A stretch of DNA of 64,000 nt from contig JAEDDP010000003.1 of the NCBI GenBank assembly GCA_016297965.1, positions 15,789 through 79,788 of the forward strand, in the 5' to 3' direction. Shown here in pieces: positions 18,490-28,767 of the stretch (positions are counted from its first letter, which is position 1; each line of letters opens with the position of its first letter). The notes beneath the pieces were generated by a model. It was not told the origin of the DNA, made no database searches, and worked only from the letters and a program-made list of their open reading frames with translations. The DNA is from Alphaproteobacteria bacterium (GTDB lineage Bacteria > Pseudomonadota > Alphaproteobacteria > Rs-D84 > CACZYB01). Both the position numbers and the translations under genes were made by a program.

Positions 18490-19272
18490 GATTGAAAAAC
18501 CAAGATATTTTGGATTTTTTTGAAGCTTTTTTATGTAATCGGAAAACTTTTCATCAACAACTTTTTTATAAGTCAGTGAGGCGTGGCGAATATAAAGTTC
18601 CCTGTTCTTTTTTATTAAAAATCCGGTATGGGACACATCGTATTCGGTACCGATTTTATTCAATGTTGTTTTGCCATTTACAACAGTCATAAAAATATAT
18701 GGTCGGTCAATTTTGTTTGTAATCCAATCAATGTTGGATAATAAATATTCAAGTGGTATATATTTTAATGAAACATTTTGTATTGGAATATCAACATTTA
18801 ATTTATAATTTTGTTTAAACCATTGTTGACGATTAAGTGTAATTTTTGACATACCAATTTCATCCAAAGATTTTACAAAAACATCACTTATATTTTCAAC
18901 AATCCATTTATTATTTTCTACCCAATCCGGATTTTGAAAATGGTTGCGGGTTTCAAATGAAATTAGACTGTCTCTGTATCGTATTTTATTCATCATATTT
19001 TTGAAATCCGCATCGGTACCAGTAAGCGATTTTGCAAGGACCGTTTCAACAAATGTTTGACAATCAAATGCATCAAAACGATACAATGGATTTTTGCTTA
19101 TGGTGCCGGTATCCCCCTCGCCCAATGGATTAAGTATATATGGTGTGCCAAGGAAAGATTCCGAAACATTTAAAATTTTATCGTATGGCGAATCTGTATT
19201 GCCGGCGATGGAGGTATTAAACATTCCAACCAAAATAAAAAATACAACAATGTATATGCTTTTTTTTATCAT
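18472..19272 (-). CDS. Secreted hypothetical protein, DUF1460-like (tentative).
   Basis: Signal peptide from M at 19272. Motif LGTPYILNPLGEG...FDCQTFVETVLA resembles DUF1460. Its 3' end overlaps the convergent OMP gene by 18 nt. Confidence 0.4.
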   Translation of the reverse strand: MIKKSIYIVVFFILVGMFNTSIAGNTDSPYDKILNVSESFLGTPYILNPLGEGDTGTISKNPLYRFDAFDCQTFVETVLAKSLTGTDADFKNMMNKIRYRDSLISFETRNHFQNPDWVENNKWIVENISDVFVKSLDEIGMSKITLNRQQWFKQNYKLNVDIPIQNVSLKYIPLEYLLSNIDWITNKIDRPYIFMTVVNGKTTLNKIGTEYDVSHTGFLIKKNRELYIRHASLTYKKVVDEKFSDYIKKLQKNPKYLGFSILEIKA

Positions 19273-19439
19273 TTTGTGTCCAAATATAAACATATTTTAT
19301 TAGATAGTTTACAAAAAAACAATTTATATTTTTTATGTATGTGATTTACTTCTTAAAAATAAAAAATTTTAAATTTTTGATGACTTTTTAATAATAAGAA
19401 AGTAGTATATAAGAAATTGAAAAACAAGGATTAAAGTAA

Positions 19440-20591
19440 ATGTCAGAAAATAAAAATATTCTTATGATTGCATCATCATTGGAAAGTGGAGTAATAGATA
19501 AATCAGTTATTGATATTGCATGTGTTTTGAAAAAAAATGGATTTGAAGTTTCCGTTGTTTCCGCCGGTGGAAAAATGGTAAAGGAACTTAGAAAGGAAGG
19601 AATAAATCATTACCTTCTTCCCGTAAATTCAAATGACTTTTTTGTTGTACGACACAACCTTCGTAAGATAATGGAAATTGTAAGGCAGGAAGAAATTACT
19701 CTTATCCACACATTTACACCTCAATCTTCATTTTATGGATTTAAGATTTCAAGAACAATGCAGGTTCCATACATAACCTCATTTTTGAAAATTTATCCAC
19801 GCACATTTTGGCCGTTTACAAAAAAGAAAATCAACTACCTTACAAAGGGGGCATGTGTTATTGTGCCAAGCGAATATATGGCTTCGTATATTCAAATTGC
19901 TTATCATGTGCCAAGCGAAAAAATTGTTATCATTCCGCAATGGATTGATACCGACCTTTTCAATGCGCATAATGTAAGTGCGGAAAGAATAATTTCAACC
20001 GCATCGGATTTTCGTATTCCGGAAGATCACTTTATTATTACAACTGTTGGCAAGCTTGAAAAATCAAAGGGGCAAGCATTACTTATAAATGCAGTGGCAA
20101 AGCTTCCGCTGGAAATAAGGAATAAAGTTCGTTGTGTTGTTATCGGTTCGTTTAAGGAACATAAAAGATATAAATCTGAACTTGAAAAATTGATGAGGAA
20201 ACTTGGTGTAGAAGATATAGTACATCTTGCCGGTGAGGCAAATGATACTCCGGCTCTTCTTATGCTTAGTGATGTATATATTGCAACCAATGTTGAACCA
20301 AAGGCTTCGCTTATCACTCTTTTAGAGGCGGAAAGTTTGGGACGTCCGATTATTGCGTCAAATATTGGTTCCACACCGGAATATATTTTGGATAATGAAA
20401 CATGCAAAATGTTTAATCCGAATAACATAGACGAACTTGTTGATGCGATTGTTTGGGCATTAAAAATTACAGAGGAGGAAAGATCCGAAATTTCACAAAA
20501 GCTTTCAACCAATGTTCGGTTGAACTTTTCAAAAAGTGTTATTCCTCAACGGATTGTGAATATTTATAATTATGTTTTAGGGTTAAAGTAA
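19440..20591 (+). CDS. Glycosyltransferase family 1 (GT4-type).
   Basis: GT-B fold features, including a C-terminal E...E/sugar-donor binding region (LLEAESLGRPIIASNIGSTPE). Confidence 0.6.
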   Translation: MSENKNILMIASSLESGVIDKSVIDIACVLKKNGFEVSVVSAGGKMVKELRKEGINHYLLPVNSNDFFVVRHNLRKIMEIVRQEEITLIHTFTPQSSFYGFKISRTMQVPYITSFLKIYPRTFWPFTKKKINYLTKGACVIVPSEYMASYIQIAYHVPSEKIVIIPQWIDTDLFNAHNVSAERIISTASDFRIPEDHFIITTVGKLEKSKGQALLINAVAKLPLEIRNKVRCVVIGSFKEHKRYKSELEKLMRKLGVEDIVHLAGEANDTPALLMLSDVYIATNVEPKASLITLLEAESLGRPIIASNIGSTPEYILDNETCKMFNPNNIDELVDAIVWALKITEEERSEISQKLSTNVRLNFSKSVIPQRIVNIYNYVLGLK

Positions 20592-20615
20592 AAGAAGATT
20601 AGAGGAGGAGAGAAA

Positions 20616-22079
20616 ATGAAAACATTATTTGTAACGTCAGAATTATTTCCATATAATAAGACTGGTGGGCTTGGCGATGTTTGTGCATCTTTGCCATTGG
20701 CACTTAAAAAAGGTGGTGTTGATATACGGTATTTAATGCCGGCGTTTCCTTCTATATTACAAAATTTTACTGAACTTACTCCTGTATATAAATTTGAAAA
20801 CAAATTTAAGACAAAGGAGATAAATATTTATAAGGGAAGCATAAAGGGTAATCCAATAAAGTTTTATTTGGTGGAAGCCCCTGAACTTTTCCTTCGTGCA
20901 GGAAATCCGTATTCTGATGTATGTGGAAATTCGTGGGGTGATAATCACATAAGGTATGCCTGTCTTTCGTGGGTTGCCGCACAGTTTGCGGAACTTAATA
21001 TTGATGGATGGACACCAGATGTTATTCATGCAAATGATTGGATGACCGGACTTATCCCTGCTTATTTGGAAGTATTAAAAAGACGAAATCCAAAGATAAA
21101 GACATCGTCCGTGTTTACAATACACAACCTTGCATTCCAGGGACTTTATCCATTTTCTGTGTATGAAGATTTGGATTTGCCAAATTATATGTTTAATGAA
21201 GATGGACTTGAATTTTACAGACAGATTTCTTTTTTAAAGGCGGGACTTTCGTTCGCGGATAAAATAACAACGGTAAGTCCAACCTATGCCAATGAAATTC
21301 AAACAAATGAATTTGGTTGTGGATTACAGGGAACCTTAGTTAAAAAACGGGAACGACTTACCGGAATATTGAACGGTATTGATTACAGTCTTTGGAACCC
21401 AGAACACGATAAGTTTATAAAGGAAAATTATTCAAAAAATAATTTCGCGCAGGGTAAAAGGATAAATAAGGAATATTTACAATCAAAGCTTGGCATACTT
21501 AAAAATGGAAAGCTTCCTTTATTTGCGATTTTAAGTCGTCTTACCGAACAAAAGGGAATTGACCTTTTGATTGAATCAATTCCGGCAATTATGATGAATA
21601 ATGTTCAGGTTGTAATTATGGGAACGGATCAGGGGAACTATCTTCCACGGCTTAAACACATTGCGGAACAATATCCGGACCAATTTGTTGTTGTTGATTT
21701 TGATGAAGATTTTTCCCATCAGGTTGTTGCCGGTTGTGATGTCCTTATCAACCCAGCAAGATTTGAACCTTGTGGACTTACACAAATGTTTGCGATGCGT
21801 TATGGTACCGTACCATTTACACGAAAAACAGGTGGGCTTGCCGATTCAATAATTGATGCAAATTTCCAAAATACCATTGTAAATAATACGGCGACTGGTT
21901 TCCTTTTTGATAACTATTCCGTACACGATTTTATTAACAGAATTCTTAACACTTTCAAAAATGAAAAGAAGATTTGGTCTAATATTGTAAAACAAGCAAT
22001 GAATCAAAACTTTTCATGGGATAAGTCCGCGGCGGAATATATGGATTTATACAATATGCAACTTAACCTTATCAAATAG
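20616..22079 (+). CDS. glgA: Glycogen synthase (ADP-glucose-type).
   Basis: N-terminal SELFPYNKTGGLGDV motif (K-T-G-G-L) and overall GlgA similarity. GGAGGAG RBS. Confidence 0.8.
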   Translation: MKTLFVTSELFPYNKTGGLGDVCASLPLALKKGGVDIRYLMPAFPSILQNFTELTPVYKFENKFKTKEINIYKGSIKGNPIKFYLVEAPELFLRAGNPYSDVCGNSWGDNHIRYACLSWVAAQFAELNIDGWTPDVIHANDWMTGLIPAYLEVLKRRNPKIKTSSVFTIHNLAFQGLYPFSVYEDLDLPNYMFNEDGLEFYRQISFLKAGLSFADKITTVSPTYANEIQTNEFGCGLQGTLVKKRERLTGILNGIDYSLWNPEHDKFIKENYSKNNFAQGKRINKEYLQSKLGILKNGKLPLFAILSRLTEQKGIDLLIESIPAIMMNNVQVVIMGTDQGNYLPRLKHIAEQYPDQFVVVDFDEDFSHQVVAGCDVLINPARFEPCGLTQMFAMRYGTVPFTRKTGGLADSIIDANFQNTIVNNTATGFLFDNYSVHDFINRILNTFKNEKKIWSNIVKQAMNQNFSWDKSAAEYMDLYNMQLNLIK

Positions 22080-22194
22080 GTTGTAGAAGTAAAATTTAAT
22101 TATCAGTTTTCATTTTGATTATAGTAAAACTTTCTTGACTATATGGGGATTTGGCTTTATTATTTTTCCTATAATTTTATATAGAGGTTTTAAA

Positions 22195-23799
22195 ATGGTT
22201 GATAAAGAAAAAAATCAAAAACAAAGTTTCCATTGGGCTGATATTATCGCAGATAAGGTTATTCGTGAAAAGGGGGATAAGGATACCTATACAGTGGCAA
22301 GTGGTATTACTCCTTCCGGAGTGGTACATTTTGGAAATTTTCGTGAAGTGATAACTGTGGATTTGGTGGCACGTGCCCTTATGCAAAAGGGAAAGAAGGT
22401 TCGTTTCATCTACTCTTGGGATGATTATGATACTTTCAGAAAGGTGCCGGCAAATATGCCAAGGCAGGAAGAATTAAAAGAACTTCTTTTTCAACCTATT
22501 GTTGATGTTTTTGATCCATTTGGTGAATATTCATCCTATGCCGAACATAATGAAAAGGTTTTTGAACGGGATTTGCCAAGGGTTGGAATAACCTATGTTG
22601 ATTTTATTTATCAAAATAAAAAATACCGTGCCGGTGATTATAATGAGAACATAATTCATATTATGGATCACAAAGATGAAATTGGTGAAATTCTTCAACA
22701 ATTCAGAACAAGTGAGATGGATGAAGATTGGGCGCCACTTCTTACCTATTGCCAAAACTGCAATAGGGACAGAATTTCCATTACTGGGTATGACAAGGAG
22801 GCAAAGGTTGTAAGTTATAAGTGTGAACTTTGTGGATTTGAGGGAAAGGAAGATTTGAAAACTTCAAGACGTCTTAAACTTCCATGGAGAATTGATTGGC
22901 CTATGCGTTGGGCATACGAAGGAGTTGATTTTGAACCTGGTGGACGTGACCATTCGTCTGCCGGCGGAAGTAGGGATACCGCATCTATTATCATAAGAAA
23001 AATTTTCAATCGTGAACCTCCGGTTTATGCGGCATACGACAATATCGGAATAAAGGGATTTAATGGAAAAATTTCATCGTCAAAGGGAAATGTTATCACA
23101 TTAAAGGAAATATTGGATGTTTATGAACCGGAAATGGTTCGTTGGATTTTCGCATCATATAAACCAAATGCTGCGTTTGATTTGGCATTTGATTTGGATG
23201 TCCTTAAAAACTATGAAGATTTTGACAGGCTTGAAAGAACAGTATATGGTCTTGAAAATGTAAATGAAGATAAAAAAAGAAATGCAAGACGTATTTATGA
23301 ACTTTCACAACTTTCACCGGATGGAAAGATTCCGGATGAAATGCCATTCCAACCAAGTTTCAGACATCTTTGCAACATATTGCAAATAAATGATTTTGAT
23401 ATTCAAAAGGCAAGAAAGCATTATGAAGCAGAAATCAAAAACGAACGTGATGAAAGAAGATTTAGTGAACGTGCGGAACGTGCCGTATTTTGGATTAAAA
23501 ATCATGCACCGGAAGATTTCAAGTTTATTATAAACAAGGAAAGACGTACAGATATTGAACTTTCCGATGTTGAACGGAAATTTGTTGATGCATTGAAGAC
23601 TGAACTTCAAAATAACTGGGATAGTTATCAAACCGATAAAGAACTTCAAGGCAAAATTGGAAGTTTGGTTTCGGAATTTGGTTTGACACCGGATATTTAC
23701 AAAAAACTTTATCAAATACTGATTAACCGTGATTTGGGTCCAAAGTTGGCTGGATTTATAAGAAGTATTGGTAAAGAAAAAATACTTAACATACTTTAA
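22195..23799 (+). CDS. lysK: Lysine--tRNA ligase, class I.
   Basis: SGITPSGVVHFGNFREV (HIGH-type) and KISSSKGN (KMSKS-type) motifs, with a Zn-finger-like CQNC...CELC insertion, characteristic of class I LysRS. Start at the ATG at 22195 with a GAGG RBS. Confidence 0.75.
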   Translation: MVDKEKNQKQSFHWADIIADKVIREKGDKDTYTVASGITPSGVVHFGNFREVITVDLVARALMQKGKKVRFIYSWDDYDTFRKVPANMPRQEELKELLFQPIVDVFDPFGEYSSYAEHNEKVFERDLPRVGITYVDFIYQNKKYRAGDYNENIIHIMDHKDEIGEILQQFRTSEMDEDWAPLLTYCQNCNRDRISITGYDKEAKVVSYKCELCGFEGKEDLKTSRRLKLPWRIDWPMRWAYEGVDFEPGGRDHSSAGGSRDTASIIIRKIFNREPPVYAAYDNIGIKGFNGKISSSKGNVITLKEILDVYEPEMVRWIFASYKPNAAFDLAFDLDVLKNYEDFDRLERTVYGLENVNEDKKRNARRIYELSQLSPDGKIPDEMPFQPSFRHLCNILQINDFDIQKARKHYEAEIKNERDERRFSERAERAVFWIKNHAPEDFKFIINKERRTDIELSDVERKFVDALKTELQNNWDSYQTDKELQGKIGSLVSEFGLTPDIYKKLYQILINRDLGPKLAGFIRSIGKEKILNIL

Positions 23800-23804
23800 A
23801 AATT

Positions 23805-23826
23805 GCCCCTTAATTGGGGCTTTTTT
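23805..23826. terminator. Bidirectional terminator hairpin (gcccc-ttaatt-ggggc + T6) between lysK and the convergent GNAT gene.
   Basis: 5-bp GC stem followed by tttttt. Confidence 0.5.
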
Positions 23827-24373
23827 AATTGTTGGATTTTGATGATTTTATAAAGCTCAATATGTCATCAGCGGAATTCTTTAACACATAATTGTTTAAT
23901 TTTGCAACCCGTTGTGATGGAATATTGTTCCGGTCAATCTTTAATAATAAATTTATAAAACCACGACGAAACATTTCCTTTTCCGCGATATGAAGTGCCT
24001 CAGACAGATAGCCTTTGTTACGGAAATTTTTATCAAGGAAATAAATAATGGAAAGCATATTGTTCGCCTTTAAATATTCAAATGCAATTCCGCCGATATA
24101 GGTATTGTCCTTTAAAAATATACCGTATTCCGCCATACGGTTTGTTTTGAAAAGTTCGTGGGTCATTTCAATATATTCTTGGGCAACCTGTTTATTTGAA
24201 AAACGTCGGCAAAAATATTTGGCAAAGTCGCTGTTCCGCTCCTCTACCTCAACCACATCGCGCAAATGTTTATCCGATACATCGTGAAGTTTCACAACCA
24301 CCCTGTCCCCAGAAATAACGGCAGGAAATGACTTTGTATCCTCAGTTTTTAACTTATCAAAATCTGTTGTCAT
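23825..24373 (-). CDS. GNAT family N-acetyltransferase (RimJ/RimL-like).
   Basis: Acetyl-CoA-binding-like segment RNKGYLSEALHIAEKEMF and overall GNAT fold pattern. Confidence 0.5.
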   Translation of the reverse strand: MTTDFDKLKTEDTKSFPAVISGDRVVVKLHDVSDKHLRDVVEVEERNSDFAKYFCRRFSNKQVAQEYIEMTHELFKTNRMAEYGIFLKDNTYIGGIAFEYLKANNMLSIIYFLDKNFRNKGYLSEALHIAEKEMFRRGFINLLLKIDRNNIPSQRVAKLNNYVLKNSADDILSFIKSSKSNN

Positions 24374-24439
24374 AAAAATGCCTCATATTGTTGTATATGA
24401 GGTATTTTACTAAAAAATAAGGTATTTATCAATGATATT

Positions 24440-26827
24440 TTATTTATCACGTAATTCACCGCCAAGGGCAACAACCTTTTCAATACAGGATTTAAATATA
24501 ACATTTATTTCTTCATCGGTAAGGGTTTTGTCCTTTTGTTCAATGGTTATATGAATAGCAACGGATTTTGAACCGGATGGCAATTTATCCCCCTTGTAAA
24601 TATCAAAGATAACGGCATCACTGATGTACTCTTTATTCGCATTTTTTACCGCCGAAAGAATTGTTTCACCAGACACAGAATCATCAATAATCACCGCAAA
24701 ATCACGGGTAATTGGAAGAAGTTCGGATATATACAACTTCTTTTTCGTGGTACCCTTTGATTTAGTATTTGGCATTAAATCAAGGTTGATTTCAAATGCA
24801 ACAACAGATGTATTTTTTATGCCGAATTTTTTAAGGGTTAGTGGATGAATTTCACCAATGTATCCGATAACCTTGTTGGCAAAAATCACAGATGCACTTT
24901 TGTATGGATTTAACCAATCCGGCAAGTTTTCATTTGAAAACTTTACACTTGATGGATTTACACCGAAAACCTTTAATATTTCAAACACATCATTTTTTAC
25001 ATCGTAAAAATCCCATGATTTTGGAGTGTCGCTCCAATCACGAACCTTTTTATCACCCTGACGTACACCAGAAACGGTAAGGTTTTGTTCGGTTGGTTTT
25101 GCCCCATAAAATGTTGGACCTATTTCAAACAAATTTGATGATTGAATTGAACGGGAAAGGTTTTCCTTTATTCCATCAAGCAAGTTTGGAATTATGCTTT
25201 GGCGCATTACATTTAAATCATTTGTGATTGGGTTAATAAGTTTAATGCTTTTTACAACACCAAGCTCCTTTTTATCACTCATAAACGACCAAGTGTAAAC
25301 CTCTGTTAATCCACGATTTGCAAGAATGTGTGGTAATATAGTTTTGTGTGCTGTTTTTGGTTCCACCGTTAAATCAAGTTTTTCCGGTTTAACAGATACC
25401 GCCGGCAATTTTTCAAAGCCATATATACGAACAAGTTCTTCGGTTATATCCTGTTTACCCTCTAAATCTGGACGATATGAAGGTGGTACGATATTAAGGT
25501 TTTCACCATCAATGGAAACAGAACAACCAAGGTTTTTAATTATTTCAACCATCTTTTCCCGTGGAATATCAAAACCAACACGTTTTGCAAAATAGCCCAT
25601 TGGGAAAGAAATACTGTATTCCCTAAATCCACATTTTCCAGTTTTTGTTATTGTGGATGCAGAACCACCACAAAGTTCAAGTACTAGGTTTGTTGCAATA
25701 TCCAAACCCCAAATCGTTGAACAAGGATCAACACCACGTTCAAAACGGAATTTTGAATCGGATTCAATTTTTAACTGTTTTGCGGTTTTACGAATCTTTA
25801 CTGGATTAAAATATGCACTTTCAATAAGAACATTTTTTGTATCAATAGTACAGGAAGTTGCTTCGCCCCCCATAATTCCGGCAAGGCTTTGTACACCGTT
25901 ATCATCGCGAATCACTATGTCGCCTTCGTTCAAAATATAGGTGTTGCCGTCAAGCGCCTTAAACTCCTCACCACCACGGGCATAATCAACAACCAATGTA
26001 CCCTTAATTTTATCCGCATCAAAAACGTGAAGTGGACGATTAAGGCTGTGAAGGCAATAATTTGTAATATCAACCAATGTTGAAATAGAATTCATATTAA
26101 CCGATTTCAAATATTCGGTAAGCCATAATGGAGAATTTGAATTTTTAACATCCTTTACATAGCGAACATTATATTCAATGGCATCATCCAAGGCACGGTT
26201 TTCAACCTTTATTGGATTTTCAAAGGTTTCCTTTACCACCTTAACATTTGGCAAAATCAATTCACCAAATCCAGCGGCAGAAAGGTCCCTTGCAATACCA
26301 AGGACACCCAAATAATCCGGATGATTTGGCAAAACATTACCATCATAAATAACATCAAGATTGTAAACCTTTTCAAGGGCGGAAATCGCACTGTCGCCAG
26401 CCTTTACATCGGATGGAAGTTCAATAATGCCATCGTGATCTTCACCAATGCCAAGCTCTTTGGCGGAACACATCATACCGTTTGATGTGCAACCACGAAC
26501 CATTCCTTTTTTAAGCTTTGTTCCATCAAGTGGAATAATATTTCCCGGACGGGCAAGTATTCCCTTTAACCCCTTTTTGGCATTCGGAGCACCACAAACA
26601 ACATCCAAAATTTCAGAACCGGTATTTACCTTTAAAAGGTGAAGATGGTCGCTGTCTGGATGAGCGGAACATTCAATAATTTCACCAACAATGAAATCGG
26701 CAAGTGGTACGCGCATATCCTTCATATCCTCAATTTCAAGACCAAGCATTGTTAGGGAATGTTCAACCTCGGATGGAGTAAGGTTTGTCTTTAAGAACTT
26801 TTTTAATTGATTATATGTAAATAACAT
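24440..26827 (-). CDS. pheT: Phenylalanine--tRNA ligase beta subunit.
   Basis: 795 aa with tRNA-binding, B3/4, B5 and FDX-ACB domains recognisable. Directly follows pheS. Confidence 0.9.
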   Translation of the reverse strand: MLFTYNQLKKFLKTNLTPSEVEHSLTMLGLEIEDMKDMRVPLADFIVGEIIECSAHPDSDHLHLLKVNTGSEILDVVCGAPNAKKGLKGILARPGNIIPLDGTKLKKGMVRGCTSNGMMCSAKELGIGEDHDGIIELPSDVKAGDSAISALEKVYNLDVIYDGNVLPNHPDYLGVLGIARDLSAAGFGELILPNVKVVKETFENPIKVENRALDDAIEYNVRYVKDVKNSNSPLWLTEYLKSVNMNSISTLVDITNYCLHSLNRPLHVFDADKIKGTLVVDYARGGEEFKALDGNTYILNEGDIVIRDDNGVQSLAGIMGGEATSCTIDTKNVLIESAYFNPVKIRKTAKQLKIESDSKFRFERGVDPCSTIWGLDIATNLVLELCGGSASTITKTGKCGFREYSISFPMGYFAKRVGFDIPREKMVEIIKNLGCSVSIDGENLNIVPPSYRPDLEGKQDITEELVRIYGFEKLPAVSVKPEKLDLTVEPKTAHKTILPHILANRGLTEVYTWSFMSDKKELGVVKSIKLINPITNDLNVMRQSIIPNLLDGIKENLSRSIQSSNLFEIGPTFYGAKPTEQNLTVSGVRQGDKKVRDWSDTPKSWDFYDVKNDVFEILKVFGVNPSSVKFSNENLPDWLNPYKSASVIFANKVIGYIGEIHPLTLKKFGIKNTSVVAFEINLDLMPNTKSKGTTKKKLYISELLPITRDFAVIIDDSVSGETILSAVKNANKEYISDAVIFDIYKGDKLPSGSKSVAIHITIEQKDKTLTDEEINVIFKSCIEKVVALGGELRDK

Positions 26828-26841
26828 TTTGAAACACTCCT

Positions 26842-27900
26842 TTATTTTTTACTTAGACCTGTAATCATATTTGGTATATCGTTGGCATCAAAACCGTAAT
26901 GGGAAAGCCATCTTGTATCCGCTTCATAACATTTGCGGATATCGGAAATTCCATATTTAAGCATAGTTAAACGTTCAATACCCATACCGAATGCGAAACC
27001 TTGATATTCATCAGGATTTACACCAACTGATTTTAAAACGTTTGGATGAACCATTCCACAACCAAGTATTTCAAGCCAGCGGTTTCCATTTGCACCAATT
27101 TTTAATTCGCCATCTTTTAATGTGCAACGAATATCCATTTCCGCAGATGGTTCGGTGAATGGGAAATAGCTTGGGCGGAATTGTGTCGGAACATCATCAA
27201 CTTCAAAAAATAATTTAAGAAAGTCAATAAGGCACCCCTTTAAATGAGCCATTGTTATATTTTTATCAATATACAATCCCTCAATTTGATGGAACATAGG
27301 GCTGTGGGTGGCATCCCAATCGCTTCGGTAAACACGGCCCATAGTAATAACCTTTACCGGAACGCCACTTCTTTCCATTTCACGAATTTGAACCGATGAA
27401 GTTTGTGTACGAAGAAGGTTTCCTCCTTCAACAAAAAAGGTATCCTGCATAGAACGTGCCGGATGAAATTCAGGAACGTTTAATGCCGTAAAATTATGAA
27501 AATCATCTTCTATATCCGGATCATTTGCAGATACCAAACGGAAACCAAGGGTTGCAAAAATTTGAAGAAGTTCTTCACGAACCTTTGTGATTGGATGGAC
27601 GAATCCCTTTATATTTTCCGCCTTGTTTAAGGTTATATCAATTTTATCACTTTTTAACTTTTCATTTATTTCGGAAAGTTCAAGAATTGATTTTTTGTTT
27701 TCAATGGCGGAAATTATTTCCTGCTTAATCAAATTAAGCTCAGCCCCCCTTACCTTTCGTTCATCAGGCGACATTTTCCCCAATTCACGAAGGGCAAGAG
27801 AAAGAGAACCAGATTTCCCCAAAACATCTACATTTACAGTTTCAAGTTCAGATGTAGATTTTGAATTTTCTATTCTTTTCAATATTTCATTTTTATCCAT
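26842..27900 (-). CDS. pheS: Phenylalanine--tRNA ligase alpha subunit.
   Basis: Class II aaRS motifs (FRPSYFPFTEPS, GMGIERL). Confidence 0.9.
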   Translation of the reverse strand: MDKNEILKRIENSKSTSELETVNVDVLGKSGSLSLALRELGKMSPDERKVRGAELNLIKQEIISAIENKKSILELSEINEKLKSDKIDITLNKAENIKGFVHPITKVREELLQIFATLGFRLVSANDPDIEDDFHNFTALNVPEFHPARSMQDTFFVEGGNLLRTQTSSVQIREMERSGVPVKVITMGRVYRSDWDATHSPMFHQIEGLYIDKNITMAHLKGCLIDFLKLFFEVDDVPTQFRPSYFPFTEPSAEMDIRCTLKDGELKIGANGNRWLEILGCGMVHPNVLKSVGVNPDEYQGFAFGMGIERLTMLKYGISDIRKCYEADTRWLSHYGFDANDIPNMITGLSKK

Positions 27901-27921
27901 CTTTTATATTCCCACAATTTA

Positions 27922-27952
27922 TAAAAAATAAAGAGGCTTTCGTTTGAAAGCC
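27922..27952 (-). terminator. Hairpin + U-run between rplT and pheS (terminator/possible attenuator).
   Basis: Minus-strand ggctttc-aaac-gaaagcc (7-bp stem) followed by uuuauuuuuu. Confidence 0.45.
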
Positions 27953-28000
27953 CCCTTATAACACTTTTATCAAAATACACAAAAGATTTAAGCAGAGGCT

Positions 28001-28366
28001 TTATTTTGCTTCGCCTATAAATCGTTTTGCATTTTCAACAACAACTTTGAAACTGTCAGCATCGCGAACAGCCATATCAGCCAATACCTTTCTGTCAAGG
28101 GCAATGTTTGCCTTTGTCAAGGCATTGATAAATTCTGAGTATGTGATTCCGTATGCACGAACAGCAGCATTGATACGAGCAATCCACAAAGATCTGAAAT
28201 TAGATTTGTTTCTTTTTCTGTCCCTGTATGCATATTGCAAACCTTTTTCAACGCGTTCATGAGCTATACGATAGCAAGAAGAGCTACGACCACGGTATCC
28301 CTTTGCCATTGATAATACTTTTGCATGTCTTTGTCTTTTTGTAAGACCTCTTTTTACACGTGCCAT
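28001..28366 (-). CDS. rplT: 50S ribosomal protein L20.
   Basis: [18 protein letters not shown]... canonical L20. Confidence 0.9.
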   Translation of the reverse strand: MARVKRGLTKRQRHAKVLSMAKGYRGRSSSCYRIAHERVEKGLQYAYRDRKRNKSNFRSLWIARINAAVRAYGITYSEFINALTKANIALDRKVLADMAVRDADSFKVVVENAKRFIGEAK

Positions 28367-28380
28367 TTTTTAAACTCCTC

Positions 28381-28584
28381 TTATTTCATACCATAAGGCA
28401 TTGATCTTGCTACTATTTTTTTATCGCATCCTTCAAGATATTGACCATGAATAGCTTCGGTCAATGAACGTGAAGATTTTCTTCTCATAAAGTGATTATG
28501 ATGAGCGCGACTTGTTTTTACTTTACCGTTTGCAGTCAAGCGGAAACGAAGTTTAAAAGCACTTCTTGTTTTTAATTTTGGCAT
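28381..28584 (-). CDS. rpmI: 50S ribosomal protein L35.
   Basis: MPKLKTRSAFKLRF... canonical L35. Positioned upstream of rplT. Confidence 0.85.
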   Translation of the reverse strand: MPKLKTRSAFKLRFRLTANGKVKTSRAHHNHFMRRKSSRSLTEAIHGQYLEGCDKKIVARSMPYGMK

Positions 28585-28767
28585 TTTATCTCCTATATTT
28601 ATAAGTTAAACAACAGTAGGCAGGCAGCCAATTCAAAGCCTGTTCTACCAAAGATGTTAGAATATATACTCCTAAAATTCAAATTTGTCAAGGCTTTTCA
28701 ATAATAATTATTGACAAAATATATTTCTTTGTATATATTATATTTCAAACAAAATAAGGAGTGTAAT

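Noticed and set aside
20027-20512. 161-aa minus-strand ORF
   Set aside because: Antisense within the well-supported GT1 glycosyltransferase gene.
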